64,000 nt of DNA from Limnothrix sp. BL-A-16 (lineage in GTDB: Bacteria; Cyanobacteriota; Cyanobacteriia; CACIAM-69d): positions 1,056,001 to 1,120,000 of the forward strand of contig CP166615.1 in NCBI GenBank assembly GCA_041937175.2, in the 5' to 3' direction. Below the pieces are notes generated by a model, which saw nothing but the letters and a program-made list of their open reading frames with translations, had not been told where the DNA came from and ran no database searches. Shown in pieces: positions 53,571-64,000 of this stretch. The position numbers were made by a program, and so were the translations under genes. Position 1 is the stretch's first letter, and every line of letters begins with the position of its first letter.

Positions 53571-55832
53571 ATGAGGCTCAAACAACGGTTTCAGCAATTG
53601 GTGAACTATCGCCGCTGGTGGCCCATGTCCCTGGCGCTGCAAATCCGTTTGGGGCTGACGCTGATGGTCTCCCTGGGAACGCTGGCCACTGGGGCCCTGT
53701 TGGCCTACAACAGCACTCAGGTACAACTGAAAACACTGCATCAATTGCAGGCGGCTCAATCGCGGGCGGTGGCGGAGCGCATTAGTACCTATCTGGAAGA
53801 TTTCCAGCGCAAATTGGGCTATTTGTCACGGGTGACGGGACTGTCAGAGCTGCCCGTGCCGGTGCAACGATCGCTCCTGGAGGCGTTGATTCGCCACGAT
53901 TCGGCCTATGAGATGGTGGCGATTTTGGATCGATCGGGACAGCCCATCACCTTTGTGGCCACTGATCCCCTATTTCGCCCCCAAAACCAGAGCCGCACTG
54001 TAGCCTTCTCGCGGGCCTACCGCTGGGCCGAAGACTATGTGGGTTGGGTGGAATCGGAACAGCTCCACGATCGGCGGGTGCGCTGGATCATGATGAGCGT
54101 GCCTATTCGCGATCGCTCGGAGCAGATTGCGGGGGTGCTGCTGGCTCGGGTGAATTTAGATTTTCTGGATTCTGTGCTCAGTGAGGCCTGGAGCGAAGAG
54201 GCGGGCTATACCTATCTGCTCGATCGACGCAATGTGGTGCTAACGGTGAGCGATGCCGACCCCACCACCTTCGCCCCCATTAATTTGGAGGGGCAACACC
54301 TGGCCGAACATTTGGATCAGGCGATCTCGGGGGAAGTGACCCAATATCAAGGCTTAAAACAGGCGCAGGTGATTGGAACCGTTGCGCCCATCCCCTCCAG
54401 CAACTCCAGCGGCTGGCGGGTGGTGACGGAGTTGCCCCTGGCCGATGCCTATGCGCCGCTGCGTGACCTGATTTTACAGATGACCCTTGGGTCGATCGCA
54501 GCGGGAGCGGCGGCCGGTTGGCTCAGTTGGCGCTTGGCCCATCGGGCGATTTATCCCTTGCAATTGCTGACCCATGAGGTGATTAAGCTCGATCGAGCGT
54601 CCTTTTTGCAACTCCAGCAACATAGCCACATTGACCAGCTCGCGGCCACCCACGATCGCCATGAGCTGGGTATTTTGGCGCGGGCTTTCAAGGACATGGC
54701 CCACCGGCTGGGGGAATCTTTTGTGGCCTTGGGCAAGGCCAATGAAGAATTGGAACAGCGGGTTGTGGAGCGGACGATCGAACTGCAACGGGCCTTGGAT
54801 GATCTGCGCCATACCCAATTACAACTAATCAAAACTGAAAAAATGTCCAGTGTGGGTCAACTAGTAGCCGGATTAGCCCACGAAATTAATAATCCCGTTA
54901 GCTTTATCTTTGGCAACCTGGCCCATGCTCGTTCCTATTTTGAAGATATTGTTGAGCTGCATCAAATCTGTATTCAAGAACTGGGCTATCACCCCGATGA
55001 ACCCATAGAACAAGGCCTGGCAAAATTGCCCGAGCGAGTGCGCGAAAAATGGGAAGAAATTGAATATGATTTTATTCTCCAAGACTATCCAAAATTGCTG
55101 CAATCCATGGAATATGGAGCGGTTCGCATTCGGGATCTGATTCGCAATTTGCGAGAATTTGCGCGCCTGGATGAAGCAGAAGTCAAAATTGTTGATCTCA
55201 ATGCCAGCCTTGAAAGTACCCTGACGATTCTGCAAAATCGATTGGGGCCCATGCCAACTCGCTCTTGTATTACCTTGCATCGATCGCTTGGAGAATTGCC
55301 CACCGTCACTTGCTACGCGGGCCAGCTCAATCAGGTGTTTTTGCAAATTTTGAGCAATGCGATCGATGCAATGGATTTGTTGCCCAATGACGAACAGCCG
55401 CAACTATGGATCACGACCGGCTGCCTGGATGAAGCGATTGTGATTTCGATTCGAGACAACGGCCCTGGTTTGGATGAATCCGCCGCCAACAAAATTTTTG
55501 ATCCCTTTTTCACCACCAAGCCCGTGGGTCAAGGCACAGGATTGGGCCTATCGATTAGCTACCAAATTGTTGTGGAAACCCATGGCGGTTCCTTGGAAGC
55601 CAAGAACCATCACCAAGGGGGGGCGGAATTTACCATTACCTTGCCGCTCGATCGGCTGACGCAGTTGGCGCGGCGCACCACTCCCCATGACGCGGATGCT
55701 GATCATGGGCTTACCATCGACCCCAGGGAAGGAATTGCCCAAGCCTCCGCGAATCGAGTCAATGGCAATAACAATGCAATCACCGCCACCAGCACCAGTC
55801 CAGTCGCTACGGTGGGCATCCCGCTAATTTAA
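53571..55832 (+). CDS. dCache/HAMP sensor histidine kinase
   Basis: Two TMs flanking a Cache-like region; HAMP; EKMSSVGQLVAGLAHEINNP; HATPase boxes. Confidence 0.94.
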   Translation: MRLKQRFQQLVNYRRWWPMSLALQIRLGLTLMVSLGTLATGALLAYNSTQVQLKTLHQLQAAQSRAVAERISTYLEDFQRKLGYLSRVTGLSELPVPVQRSLLEALIRHDSAYEMVAILDRSGQPITFVATDPLFRPQNQSRTVAFSRAYRWAEDYVGWVESEQLHDRRVRWIMMSVPIRDRSEQIAGVLLARVNLDFLDSVLSEAWSEEAGYTYLLDRRNVVLTVSDADPTTFAPINLEGQHLAEHLDQAISGEVTQYQGLKQAQVIGTVAPIPSSNSSGWRVVTELPLADAYAPLRDLILQMTLGSIAAGAAAGWLSWRLAHRAIYPLQLLTHEVIKLDRASFLQLQQHSHIDQLAATHDRHELGILARAFKDMAHRLGESFVALGKANEELEQRVVERTIELQRALDDLRHTQLQLIKTEKMSSVGQLVAGLAHEINNPVSFIFGNLAHARSYFEDIVELHQICIQELGYHPDEPIEQGLAKLPERVREKWEEIEYDFILQDYPKLLQSMEYGAVRIRDLIRNLREFARLDEAEVKIVDLNASLESTLTILQNRLGPMPTRSCITLHRSLGELPTVTCYAGQLNQVFLQILSNAIDAMDLLPNDEQPQLWITTGCLDEAIVISIRDNGPGLDESAANKIFDPFFTTKPVGQGTGLGLSISYQIVVETHGGSLEAKNHHQGGAEFTITLPLDRLTQLARRTTPHDADADHGLTIDPREGIAQASANRVNGNNNAITATSTSPVATVGIPLI

Positions 55833-56177
55833 CGCCAGCGTTTGACCGTCCCTCCAGTTAACTGCCCAAAAGTTAAACCTCAAGTTAACTATCCAAAAGT
55901 TAACCGTCCAAATTCGTAAACATGGGGTCGGTTCATGCTTCCTGCTGAGGCCACTTCCAGGCATGGTAGGCAATAAGTAAAAGAAGAACGACTTCTACAA
56001 GAGTGCCGAATATCATGTGAGGGCAAGCCTCTTTTTTTTGCTAAATTCAATAACGAATAAGAAATCAGAAGTGTTGAATACAGCCTTTATCTCAAATAAT
56101 ACTTCCGTTTTTGAATAGTTCTCATCTGTTTTAGTCACTTGATTTCAACAAATGATGATGAGCAAAATTGTGTTTTT

Positions 56178-56310
56178 AGAGGATGTCTGAGCAGTGAATT
56201 GGAGCGCTAACTAAGCAGTAACAGTCATGGGATCAAGAGACTTGGGATCCTGATCTTTGCTGCTTGGGAAAATCCACAAGGTATCAATTTTGACTTCCCA
56301 GACATCCTCT
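56178..56310 (-). mobile_element. Diverged 133-bp MITE of the same family, opposite orientation
   Basis: TIRs AGAGGATGTCTGAGCAGT / ACTTCCCAGACATCCTCT; CAATTTTGACTT is the reverse complement of the family motif AAG(C/T)CAAAATTG; central palindrome decayed. Confidence 0.8.
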
Positions 56311-56643
56311 TAAAATAATGAAGATGCTTTGCAGGGTTCACCATAACAAATCACCATGGCAAAGGCCAACCTAGGTTTTGGCTATCCATGGTTTTGACGC
56401 TTTGCATATTTTGATACAACATGGGTTTTGGGTAATCTTGATCTTGCTCCCATTATTCCTCTCATTTTCTGAGGATTGAGCTAAGATGGGAGGCTAACAA
56501 GCAATGAGCTAATAATTATTTAAACCTCATTTTTTGTTAGGATGCTTAAATGGATCAAGCAGCTCAAGCGTTGCTAATTCTCGAAACTAGAAACTTCATC
56601 TCCTGCTCATAGTGACCATCTCCCGCTACAGCGAGTACCTTCA

Positions 56644-58851
56644 ATGGATTTGCAAAAAATCAAGGAAATTTTTGAAGCGATCGTTTTGGGCAGCCAATCT
56701 TATATGCCCCATGGTCATTGTTATTTGTGGCAAACGCCCTTAGTGGGGCTGCATGTGGTTAGTGATTCACTAATTGCGATTGCCTATTTCTCGATTCCCG
56801 CCATGCTGATGTACTTTGCTTATCAGCGTCGGAAATTTTTGCCAATCAGCATTTTTCTGATGTTCGGGGCATTTATTATCCTATGTGGCTTAGGTCATTT
56901 ACTGGAAGTTTGGACGCTGTGGTATGGGGCCTATTGGCTAGCAGGGATTGAAAAAGCCTTAACGGCTTTAATTTCTTGCTACACGGCTGTTTCTCTTGTG
57001 AATTTATTACCTCAATTTCTATCATTGCGTAGTCCAGATGAACTGGAGAAAATTAACCAACAATTGCAGCAGGAGGTCAGCAGTCGGCAGATTATTGCCC
57101 AGGAATTAGCCCAAATTAATCAGAATTTGGAGGCCCGAATCGCCGATCGCACCGTTGAGTTACAAACCAAAAATACTCAATTGATGCGAGAGATTCAGGA
57201 ACGCCAATCGATTGAACAATCTTTGGCTCGCCGGTTAGCCTGTGAACAAATTTTTTCTAAAACCTTGCAGCGCGTTTGGACAACGGCGGACTTTGAACCC
57301 CTGTTTCAGACCTTAGTGCAAGATGTTCGCGAGTTTTTGCAAGTCGATCGGGTGCTGATTTTTCAGCTTAATGGGGACTTCAGCGGCGCAATTTCCACAG
57401 AATCTGTTTCGGATCCCAGCTTGAGCTTGTTGGGACAATCCTTTGTGGATCCTTGTTTTCAAGAAAAACATGCTCCTCTATATCAAGCAGGACGCATCTG
57501 CATGATTGAAGACATTGAAGTCAGCTCCTTGCAAGAATGTCATCGAGAATTTTTGCGTAGTTTGCAAGTGCGTAGCAACTTAGTTATCCCAATTTTATGG
57601 AAATCAGAATCTAGTCATTTAAATCGGCAGGAAGGCCTCAGTGATCAAGCAATCACTCCGGCTACGTTTTACCTTTGGGGATTATTAATTGCCCAATCTT
57701 GTCAAGGAGCGCGAGCCTGGGACAATTTGGAAGTGGAAGCGTTGCAACAGTTGAGTTTGCAATTGGGAATTGCCCTGCGCCAAAGTAAGTTGATGAACCG
57801 CTTGCAGGAAGAGCTACAAGAAAAACAACAAACGGCTTTAGCCCTACAAGCTTCTGAACAAGAAGCGCGACAGCAGGCAGCATCATTAGCCACAACATTA
57901 AATCAACTGCAAGCAACTCAAGCTCAGTTAGTGCAGTCAGAAAAGTTGGCTTCTTTAGGCAAAATGGTTGGGGGAATTGCCCATGAAATTAATAATCCCT
58001 TGAGCTTTATCTATGGCAACTTAACCCACGCCCACGAATATAGTAATCAAGTGCTTCAAGGTCTTGACCTCTATCAACAGCATTATCCTAATCCAGTGGC
58101 CCCGATCGCCCAGTGGCTCTCGGAAGTGGAATTTGAATTTCTAAAAGCCGATTTTCCTAAGCTTCTGACTTCTATGAAAAACGGAGCCGATCGAATTCGT
58201 GAAATTGTGTTGTTGTTGCGCAATTTTTCGCGATTGGATGAATCGGAACTCAAATCCGTTGATATTCACGATGGAATTAATAGCACACTCAGCATTTTAA
58301 CTGAGCGATTTTTAGAGTCCACTTGCGGTCAAGCGATTCAGTCTCATTGTGATTACGATCGTGATATTCCCACGGTGGAATGCTATCCCGGTTTGCTGAA
58401 TCAAGCGCTGTTTAATCTGTTTAGTAATGCTCTGGATGCCGTTGAGGAACGCTGTCGATTGCAAGAAATGTTTGTGCCCATGGTGAAGGTGGAAACACGC
58501 CTGATTTGTCAGCAACATGCCAATGGTTTGACCTTGCAACGGTTTGCGCAAATTCAAATTACTGACAATGGTTCAGGGATTGATCCAGCGTTGGCGGATA
58601 AGATTTTTGATCCCTTTTTCACCACCAAGCCGATCGGGCAAGGAACTGGAATGGGCCTGGCGAATGCCTACCAAATCATTGTGAAACGGCATCACGGGGA
58701 ACTCTGGTATCAGGTGAATGAGCAGGGACAAACCCAATTTGTGGTGAAAATCCCGATCGAGCAATATTTTTCCAGTCCTGCTGCCACCGAGCGATCGGTC
58801 TCGCCGGCCTTGACGATCGATTCCTTGAGCAGTTCTGCGCCCCGAATTTAG
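56644..58851 (+). CDS. Ethylene-receptor-like TM domain + DXCF cyanobacteriochrome GAF + histidine kinase
   Basis: [13 protein letters not shown] and [12 protein letters not shown] (ETR1-type); GAF with DPCF and [23 protein letters not shown]; HATPase. Confidence 0.93.
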   Translation: MDLQKIKEIFEAIVLGSQSYMPHGHCYLWQTPLVGLHVVSDSLIAIAYFSIPAMLMYFAYQRRKFLPISIFLMFGAFIILCGLGHLLEVWTLWYGAYWLAGIEKALTALISCYTAVSLVNLLPQFLSLRSPDELEKINQQLQQEVSSRQIIAQELAQINQNLEARIADRTVELQTKNTQLMREIQERQSIEQSLARRLACEQIFSKTLQRVWTTADFEPLFQTLVQDVREFLQVDRVLIFQLNGDFSGAISTESVSDPSLSLLGQSFVDPCFQEKHAPLYQAGRICMIEDIEVSSLQECHREFLRSLQVRSNLVIPILWKSESSHLNRQEGLSDQAITPATFYLWGLLIAQSCQGARAWDNLEVEALQQLSLQLGIALRQSKLMNRLQEELQEKQQTALALQASEQEARQQAASLATTLNQLQATQAQLVQSEKLASLGKMVGGIAHEINNPLSFIYGNLTHAHEYSNQVLQGLDLYQQHYPNPVAPIAQWLSEVEFEFLKADFPKLLTSMKNGADRIREIVLLLRNFSRLDESELKSVDIHDGINSTLSILTERFLESTCGQAIQSHCDYDRDIPTVECYPGLLNQALFNLFSNALDAVEERCRLQEMFVPMVKVETRLICQQHANGLTLQRFAQIQITDNGSGIDPALADKIFDPFFTTKPIGQGTGMGLANAYQIIVKRHHGELWYQVNEQGQTQFVVKIPIEQYFSSPAATERSVSPALTIDSLSSSAPRI

Positions 58852-58946
58852 GAATTAAGGCTCAAGCCCTCGAAACCCAGAATGTTTCTAGAAAAATTAG
58901 CCTAAAATGATCAAATGATCGTCCACAGAACAGCTAAATTGAAGCC

Positions 58947-60497
58947 TTAGGACTCTGATTCGCGAGCCGGAAACGATCGATAAATTTCCATAATGAAGGC
59001 TGTTCCCTTGCCTGGTTCCGACAAACAGGACAGCGTTCCCCCATGCAAGTTCACAATAATTTGATGACTAATGGCTAACCCCATACCGATTCCTTTACCC
59101 ACTGATTTTGTGGTGTAAAACGGGTCAAAAGCTTGGCGGCGTAATTCGTCATTCATTCCCAAACCATTGTCTGAAATCGCAATTCGCACGCGATCTGGCT
59201 CAACAGTTTCAGTGCGCACGGTGATGGTTGGCAGGGTATCCGGTGGGTAGCTGTCGCCCACACCCTGATCTAGCGCTTCGATCGCGTTTAGTAACACTTG
59301 CATAAAGCATTGGTTTAACTGCCCGATCGCACAATCAACTAAGGGCAAATCCCCATAGTCACGCACCACTTGAATGGAGGGGCGTTTGCCATTTCCGGCT
59401 AAGTGAACTCCCATCAGACTAATAGTAGCGTCAAGGTTTTCATGCAAATCGGTAAATTTAATCGTTGATTCATCCAAGCGCGAAAACATGCGTAAGAGAT
59501 TCACGACGGTTTTAATGCGGTTGGCTCCCACGAACATAGAGCTAAAGAGGGGTGAAAAATCTTCAGTAAGATATTCCAAATCCAACTCCGTGAGAACCGC
59601 AGCAATATCTTCGTGGGGATTGGGATAATGTTTTTTATAGAGGCTCACTAAGTTGAATAGTTCCTCTAGATAGGTTTGGCAATGATGAAGATTGCCGTGA
59701 ATAAAGTTAATGGGATTATTAATTTCATGGGCCACGCCTGCCACCAAGCGCCCCAAGGCTGACATTTTCTCCGCATGAATCAAGGTGATTTGCGCCTTTT
59801 GCAAATTCTCAAGGGCTTGGGCTAGCTTTTTGCTTTTTTCGGTGGCTACTTGGGCAATTTCTTGACGACGTTTCACCTCCGCTTCCAGTTGAATTGCTTT
59901 TCGCCGCAGCTCCAATTGGGCAATGACCTGACGGCCCAAGGCTTCTAGGGCTTCCATTTGTTGAGTTGTTAGCTGTCGGGGCGTTTTGTCAATCACGCAT
60001 AATGTCCCGATCGCATGGCCATTGGTAGTCAGCAAAGGTGTCCCAGCATAGAAGCGAATTTTCGGTTCTTGCTGGACTAAAGGATTATTCGTAAAGCGTC
60101 CATCTTTCAGTGCATCTTCCACAACTAAAACTTGATCAGGTCGGCAAATTGCGTGGGCACAAAAAGCTTGGCTGCGTGGCGTTTGTGTGGCATCAATTCC
60201 ATGACGGGACTTAAACCATTGCCGCTCGCCATCCAGCAAGCTAATGAGCGAAATGGGAGTGCCGCAAATCTGGGCTGCAATCTTGGTCAAATCATCGTAT
60301 TGACGTTCGGGAACCGTGTCCAAAATTTGATAGTCGAGCAGGTCTTGTAATCGTTCCTCTTCATCAGTGGGAAGAGGAAACATCCCATGACCATCATGGG
60401 CTACGTCACTGGCTGGTAAATCCATGTCCAACTCCGGGGATGGAACGCGATCGGGATTGGTATTGTGATCAGTGTGATCAGATGAATTCAGCTTCAA
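58947..60497 (-). CDS. GAF sensor histidine kinase (start uncertain; ATG alternative at 60425)
   Basis: EEERLQDLLDYQILDT...RQWFKS...AFCAHAI...IRFYAGTPL GAF; AHEINNP; HATPase. Confidence 0.94.
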   Translation of the reverse strand: MKLNSSDHTDHNTNPDRVPSPELDMDLPASDVAHDGHGMFPLPTDEEERLQDLLDYQILDTVPERQYDDLTKIAAQICGTPISLISLLDGERQWFKSRHGIDATQTPRSQAFCAHAICRPDQVLVVEDALKDGRFTNNPLVQQEPKIRFYAGTPLLTTNGHAIGTLCVIDKTPRQLTTQQMEALEALGRQVIAQLELRRKAIQLEAEVKRRQEIAQVATEKSKKLAQALENLQKAQITLIHAEKMSALGRLVAGVAHEINNPINFIHGNLHHCQTYLEELFNLVSLYKKHYPNPHEDIAAVLTELDLEYLTEDFSPLFSSMFVGANRIKTVVNLLRMFSRLDESTIKFTDLHENLDATISLMGVHLAGNGKRPSIQVVRDYGDLPLVDCAIGQLNQCFMQVLLNAIEALDQGVGDSYPPDTLPTITVRTETVEPDRVRIAISDNGLGMNDELRRQAFDPFYTTKSVGKGIGMGLAISHQIIVNLHGGTLSCLSEPGKGTAFIMEIYRSFPARESES

Positions 60498-60938
60498 TTT
60501 CGGTTGCTTAGGAGTGGTGTGGATCGGGCTAGGTTCACGAACCTACTGACTGTTGATCGCGGAGGTGTCTTCCCAGGTTACTCTAACGTCGCAAGATGGT
60601 AAAACTCGGGAAGAGATGATTGACTGACATCACAATTTAGCAGAGCCAGGAACACAACTTAACCCCCTGGAACGTTTCATGAATTCCTAGAACATTCAAT
60701 TAATGTTCATGCCAGAGTGGCCGGTTTCAGGAAACCCAATCGGTAAGGATCTTTGAGCACCATCTTTGGGGATTGCTAGAGCGCCAATCGTTATAGGGTC
60801 AAGGGTCTGAACTCTTTTGTCTTTGCTCTCTTGTCTTTGCTGATCGATTGGGCCGGCAGTGCATTGGCTTTGGCGACTCAGGTATTTTTTTAGAATATAG
60901 CTTTCATTCGTGATCTTCCAAGATTTCTTGATTTTCAC

Positions 60939-63059
60939 TTAAAATAATTGATTAAGTGGCGAAATTGACCCATCACTAGGATTTTGCGCCAAATCTTCAA
61001 AGGTTGTGAATCGTTCCTGTTGCAATTGTTGTAAGTAGCGGCGTTCTTGATAATAAAGATCGTGAAAGGTTTGTTGCTGCTCGTAGGCGCGATTGAGGTT
61101 TTCCTCTAGGCGTTCTAGGTCGATCGGGTCAGGAGCCAGGGCCAAGTTACCGGCCACGCCACCCCCGCCACCACCCCCGCTGCCACGCAGGCTAATCACC
61201 TTATCGTTTCCGGAGCCGATCGGGGGTTCACCGGCAAAAACCCGCCGCAACGCTTCGGCCGCCACTTCCGCTTGCAGGTAGTGCGAGAGCCAAGCATCCA
61301 GCAGGTGGCGGCAACGCTTGGCGCATTGCAGGCTTTCGAGGGTGGCGATCGCGGCGCGGATGGCGAGGCCGGGGCGATCGAGATCCAACAGGGTACGCTC
61401 ATCTAAGCTCAAAAGCCGATCGACCATGACCAAATCCTCGTGGGAAAGGTCTGGATTCGATCGCAATTCAATCGCCAATTCGGTCGCCTCCTGACCCCAT
61501 TGCTCTTGCAGTTGCAAAATCTGCCGCCACAAAAAGCGATGGTGTGACAGGCCAAACTCCAACTCTCGCTCTTCCAAAATGGCCAGGATTTGCTGGCGAC
61601 GATCGGGCCGGTGCAAATAAATCCGCAAAAGCTGTCCCTCCGCCGACTCCCGCAGGCTGCTATCGCCCGATCGTTGCCACTTGGCCGATCGCCCGTGCCA
61701 GCGCTGGCCCTGCACCTGCGCTCGCAAATCCTGCTCCAATTGCAGCGTAAAGTAGCTATCCTTTTGGCCCAGCAGGTCGGCACAGCGGCGGATGTAGTGG
61801 CTGCGGGTGGCGGGATTGGGCAGTTGGCCCAGCAGCTTCACCGCATCGCCCACGGCCGCTTGAAACTGGTCAGCCAAGCGCAAATCCCGGGAGCCGATCG
61901 CCCGATCGAGCTGCCAATCGAGCCACAGGGGCGCATCGGCGATCAGGGTGCGGTAATGATCCGGGCTGTAGGTTTTCAGGAACTCATCGGCATCCTTACC
62001 CCCCGGCAAGTTCAACACCCGCAGTTGAATTTCGCCCCGGTAAGCCAGCCCTTCCACCTCCCCGATCGCCCGCTCCGTGGCCTTTTGACCCGCCGAGTCC
62101 GCGTCAAAGTTCAGGATAATTTGCTTCGATTCCGTGAACCGCGTCAGCAGCTTCACCTGGGCCAAGCTCAGGGCCGTGCCCAAAGCCGCCACGGCATTTT
62201 CGATCCCCGCCGCATGGAGCGCAATCACATCGAAATAGCCCTCCACCACGATCGCCGCATCCTGTTTGGCGATCGGCGTTTTGGCCTGGTCTAGCCCAAA
62301 GAGCGTCTTCCCCTTATCAAATAGCTCCGTTTCCGGCGAGTTCAGATACTTTGGCTCATCGCCGTTCAGCGTCCGCCCCCCAAAGCCGATCGTCCGTCCC
62401 TGGGGATCGCGAATCGGCACCATCAGCCGATCGCGAAATCGATCGTAATAGCCACCGCCCGCCTTCCGGGGCACAATCAACCCCGCCTTTTCCACCAGCG
62501 AGACGGCATAGCGTTTTTGATCGACCAAGTAGCGATAGAGGGCATCCCAGCCGGCCGGTGAATAGCCCAAATTAAACGCTTGAATCGTGTCCTGGCGCAG
62601 TTGCCGTTCTTCTAGCAAATAATCCATGGCCCGCGCCCCCACAGGTTGGGTCAGGGCATGGGCATAGAACCCGGCCGCCACGGCCAGCACTTCATAGAGC
62701 TGTTCGCGCTCCGTAATTTGCCGCTGAATTTCCTGGCGTTGTTCCGGTTCCAGGGTTTGCACGGGCACTTGGTAGCGCCGCGCCAAGTCCAACACCACGT
62801 CACCAAATGATCGCTTGTCCAGCTCCATCAAAAACTTGATGGCGTTGCCCCCGGCCCCACAGGAGAAGCAGTAATAGAACCCTTTGGTGGCGCTGACGGT
62901 GAAGCTGGGGGATTTGTCGTCGTGGAAGGGACAGAGGCCTTTGAAGTCTTTGCCGTTTTTTTTCAGCACGACCCGTTCCGAGACCACATCTACGATGTCG
63001 GCTCGTTGTTTGACGGCTTCTACGGTGTCGGGATGAAGACGCACGATCGGTCGGGGCAA
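60939..63059 (-). CDS. dnaG: DNA primase
   Basis: CHC2 zinc finger (CPFHDDKSPSF...CFSCG), DRFRDRLMVPI, KYLNSPET, Toprim VEGYFD...FDADSAG. Confidence 0.97.
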   Translation of the reverse strand: MPRPIVRLHPDTVEAVKQRADIVDVVSERVVLKKNGKDFKGLCPFHDDKSPSFTVSATKGFYYCFSCGAGGNAIKFLMELDKRSFGDVVLDLARRYQVPVQTLEPEQRQEIQRQITEREQLYEVLAVAAGFYAHALTQPVGARAMDYLLEERQLRQDTIQAFNLGYSPAGWDALYRYLVDQKRYAVSLVEKAGLIVPRKAGGGYYDRFRDRLMVPIRDPQGRTIGFGGRTLNGDEPKYLNSPETELFDKGKTLFGLDQAKTPIAKQDAAIVVEGYFDVIALHAAGIENAVAALGTALSLAQVKLLTRFTESKQIILNFDADSAGQKATERAIGEVEGLAYRGEIQLRVLNLPGGKDADEFLKTYSPDHYRTLIADAPLWLDWQLDRAIGSRDLRLADQFQAAVGDAVKLLGQLPNPATRSHYIRRCADLLGQKDSYFTLQLEQDLRAQVQGQRWHGRSAKWQRSGDSSLRESAEGQLLRIYLHRPDRRQQILAILEERELEFGLSHHRFLWRQILQLQEQWGQEATELAIELRSNPDLSHEDLVMVDRLLSLDERTLLDLDRPGLAIRAAIATLESLQCAKRCRHLLDAWLSHYLQAEVAAEALRRVFAGEPPIGSGNDKVISLRGSGGGGGGGVAGNLALAPDPIDLERLEENLNRAYEQQQTFHDLYYQERRYLQQLQQERFTTFEDLAQNPSDGSISPLNQLF

Positions 63060-63222
63060 GTCGAACGGCTATTGTCCTATTATCGCGACCCGATCGGGCG
63101 ATTGAACGCTCAAGGGCGATCGGCAAATCTAAATTTTCGTTGATCTCACTCATGCCAGTTTCGGTCATGGCCTGCTTGACTGACAAAGCGCCTACAAGCC
63201 TGGTTCTGTTGCAGGGGTGTGT

Positions 63223-63606
63223 CTAGTTGTTGGCAATATCTGACAAGTCTGTAATCACCACTAGCCCGCCTTCGATCGTATCGATTTGCAACCGATACCC
63301 ACGCAGCAGACTCATCCCAATCAGTGGATCTGTTTCTGCTGCATTGACTTCAATATCGCGGGCTTGGCCATCCCAAATCGCTACCGCATCATAAATATCA
63401 AATAAAACTTCGCTGCCATCCCCCAAAGTTCCGCGATCGCGATAACTCCACGGCAAATCTAGTTCAGTAATGATCTTGCTGGGGAGGCTGAGAAACCCTG
63501 TAAACCCCGTATCAATCACAGCGTTGACAGATTTGAGTTTGGCATGGTTACGAACAACCACAAGAAGTGTGGCTTCGTAATTCTTGTTGACGTAGCCTTG
63601 CATCAT
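63223..63606 (-). CDS. Clan AA (retropepsin-like) aspartic protease
   Basis: AVIDTGFTG catalytic motif, LGDGS flap, PLIGMSLL. Confidence 0.92.
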   Translation of the reverse strand: MMQGYVNKNYEATLLVVVRNHAKLKSVNAVIDTGFTGFLSLPSKIITELDLPWSYRDRGTLGDGSEVLFDIYDAVAIWDGQARDIEVNAAETDPLIGMSLLRGYRLQIDTIEGGLVVITDLSDIANN

Positions 63607-63878
63607 ATCTGTTCGTTCAAGCTGCGTGCTCCGAAGCGATGAACGGCGCGATAGCCAACTCGGACTACCCAGGTTTGGGAATCGGGCAACCTCTCTCGCA
63701 ATTTTCGCGTAGCGGTCATTGTGTCGTCTGCGACCTCAAATTCTCCCGTTTCAATGTCGATCGCCACAATTTTCCCATGGTTGCCTGGCTCGACTTGTGG
63801 GCGAATCTGAGTCTGATAAATCTGATCGCCCCGCCGAGCAAACTCTTCTTTACTGTATCGAGGTTGTCTGATTGTCAT
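63603..63878 (-). CDS. Small conserved hypothetical protein (DUF5678-like) coupled to the aspartic protease
   Basis: 91 aa, GKIVAIDIETGEFEV...RVG; AGGAG RBS; ATGA overlap with the protease gene. Confidence 0.85.
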   Translation of the reverse strand: MTIRQPRYSKEEFARRGDQIYQTQIRPQVEPGNHGKIVAIDIETGEFEVADDTMTATRKLRERLPDSQTWVVRVGYRAVHRFGARSLNEQI

Positions 63879-63932
63879 TGACTAAAGCTCCTCAGAAATA
63901 AATAGCTGCCCAAGATCAAAGGCTCAATCTTG

Positions 63933-64000
63933 TCAACTTTCAAGATTACGCAGATGCTGAACATCTTGGTCAAGGTCTTCTACATCGTAATGAACGCAAA
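63933..64000 (-). CDS. C-terminus of a probable UPF0175-family protein (truncated by window edge)
   Basis: Reads ...CVHYDVEDLDQDVQHLRNLES*, resembling recalled UPF0175 C-termini; only 21 aa visible. Confidence 0.55.
   Translation of the reverse strand, partial: CVHYDVEDLDQDVQHLRNLES

Noticed and set aside
55925..56040. Glutamine (glnA) riboswitch or small RNA with terminator
   Set aside because: Only superficial GTTCA...GAACG resemblance; junction motifs are missing and the terminator stem GAGG/CCTC is weak.

Overview
This is 64 kb of cyanobacterial chromosome: very dense HIP1 GCGATCGC/CGATCG sites, plus ndhM, a CpcS-type lyase, SmtA and a Uma2 protein. Housekeeping genes (gcvP, nadE, menD, pgm, rimO, dnaG, remA) are mixed with many signalling genes: seven histidine kinases counting a CheA hybrid, a CheR-CheW-MCP-CheA cluster with no adjacent cheB, a diguanylate cyclase, an adenylate cyclase and an ethylene-receptor/DXCF cyanobacteriochrome kinase. 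The ORF track misses a 55-aa metallothionein with an SmtB-type operator, an edge-truncated Cache/HAMP kinase, a T5orf172/YeeC-like remnant and a UPF0175-like C-terminus. Mobile DNA comprises a tnpB-only IS200/IS605-family element 42 nt upstream of menD, a ~133-bp MITE family (one copy with a second element nested in its central palindrome) and a dispersed ~22-bp REP-like palindrome. I saw no rRNA, tRNA or CRISPR array. I cannot demonstrate a wholly new system from sequence alone. The best candidates are the nested palindrome/MITE system, the ethylene-plus-light kinase, the orphan BMP lipoprotein-kinase pair and the small-protein/aspartyl-protease module. All family assignments are from motif recognition, not database searches.
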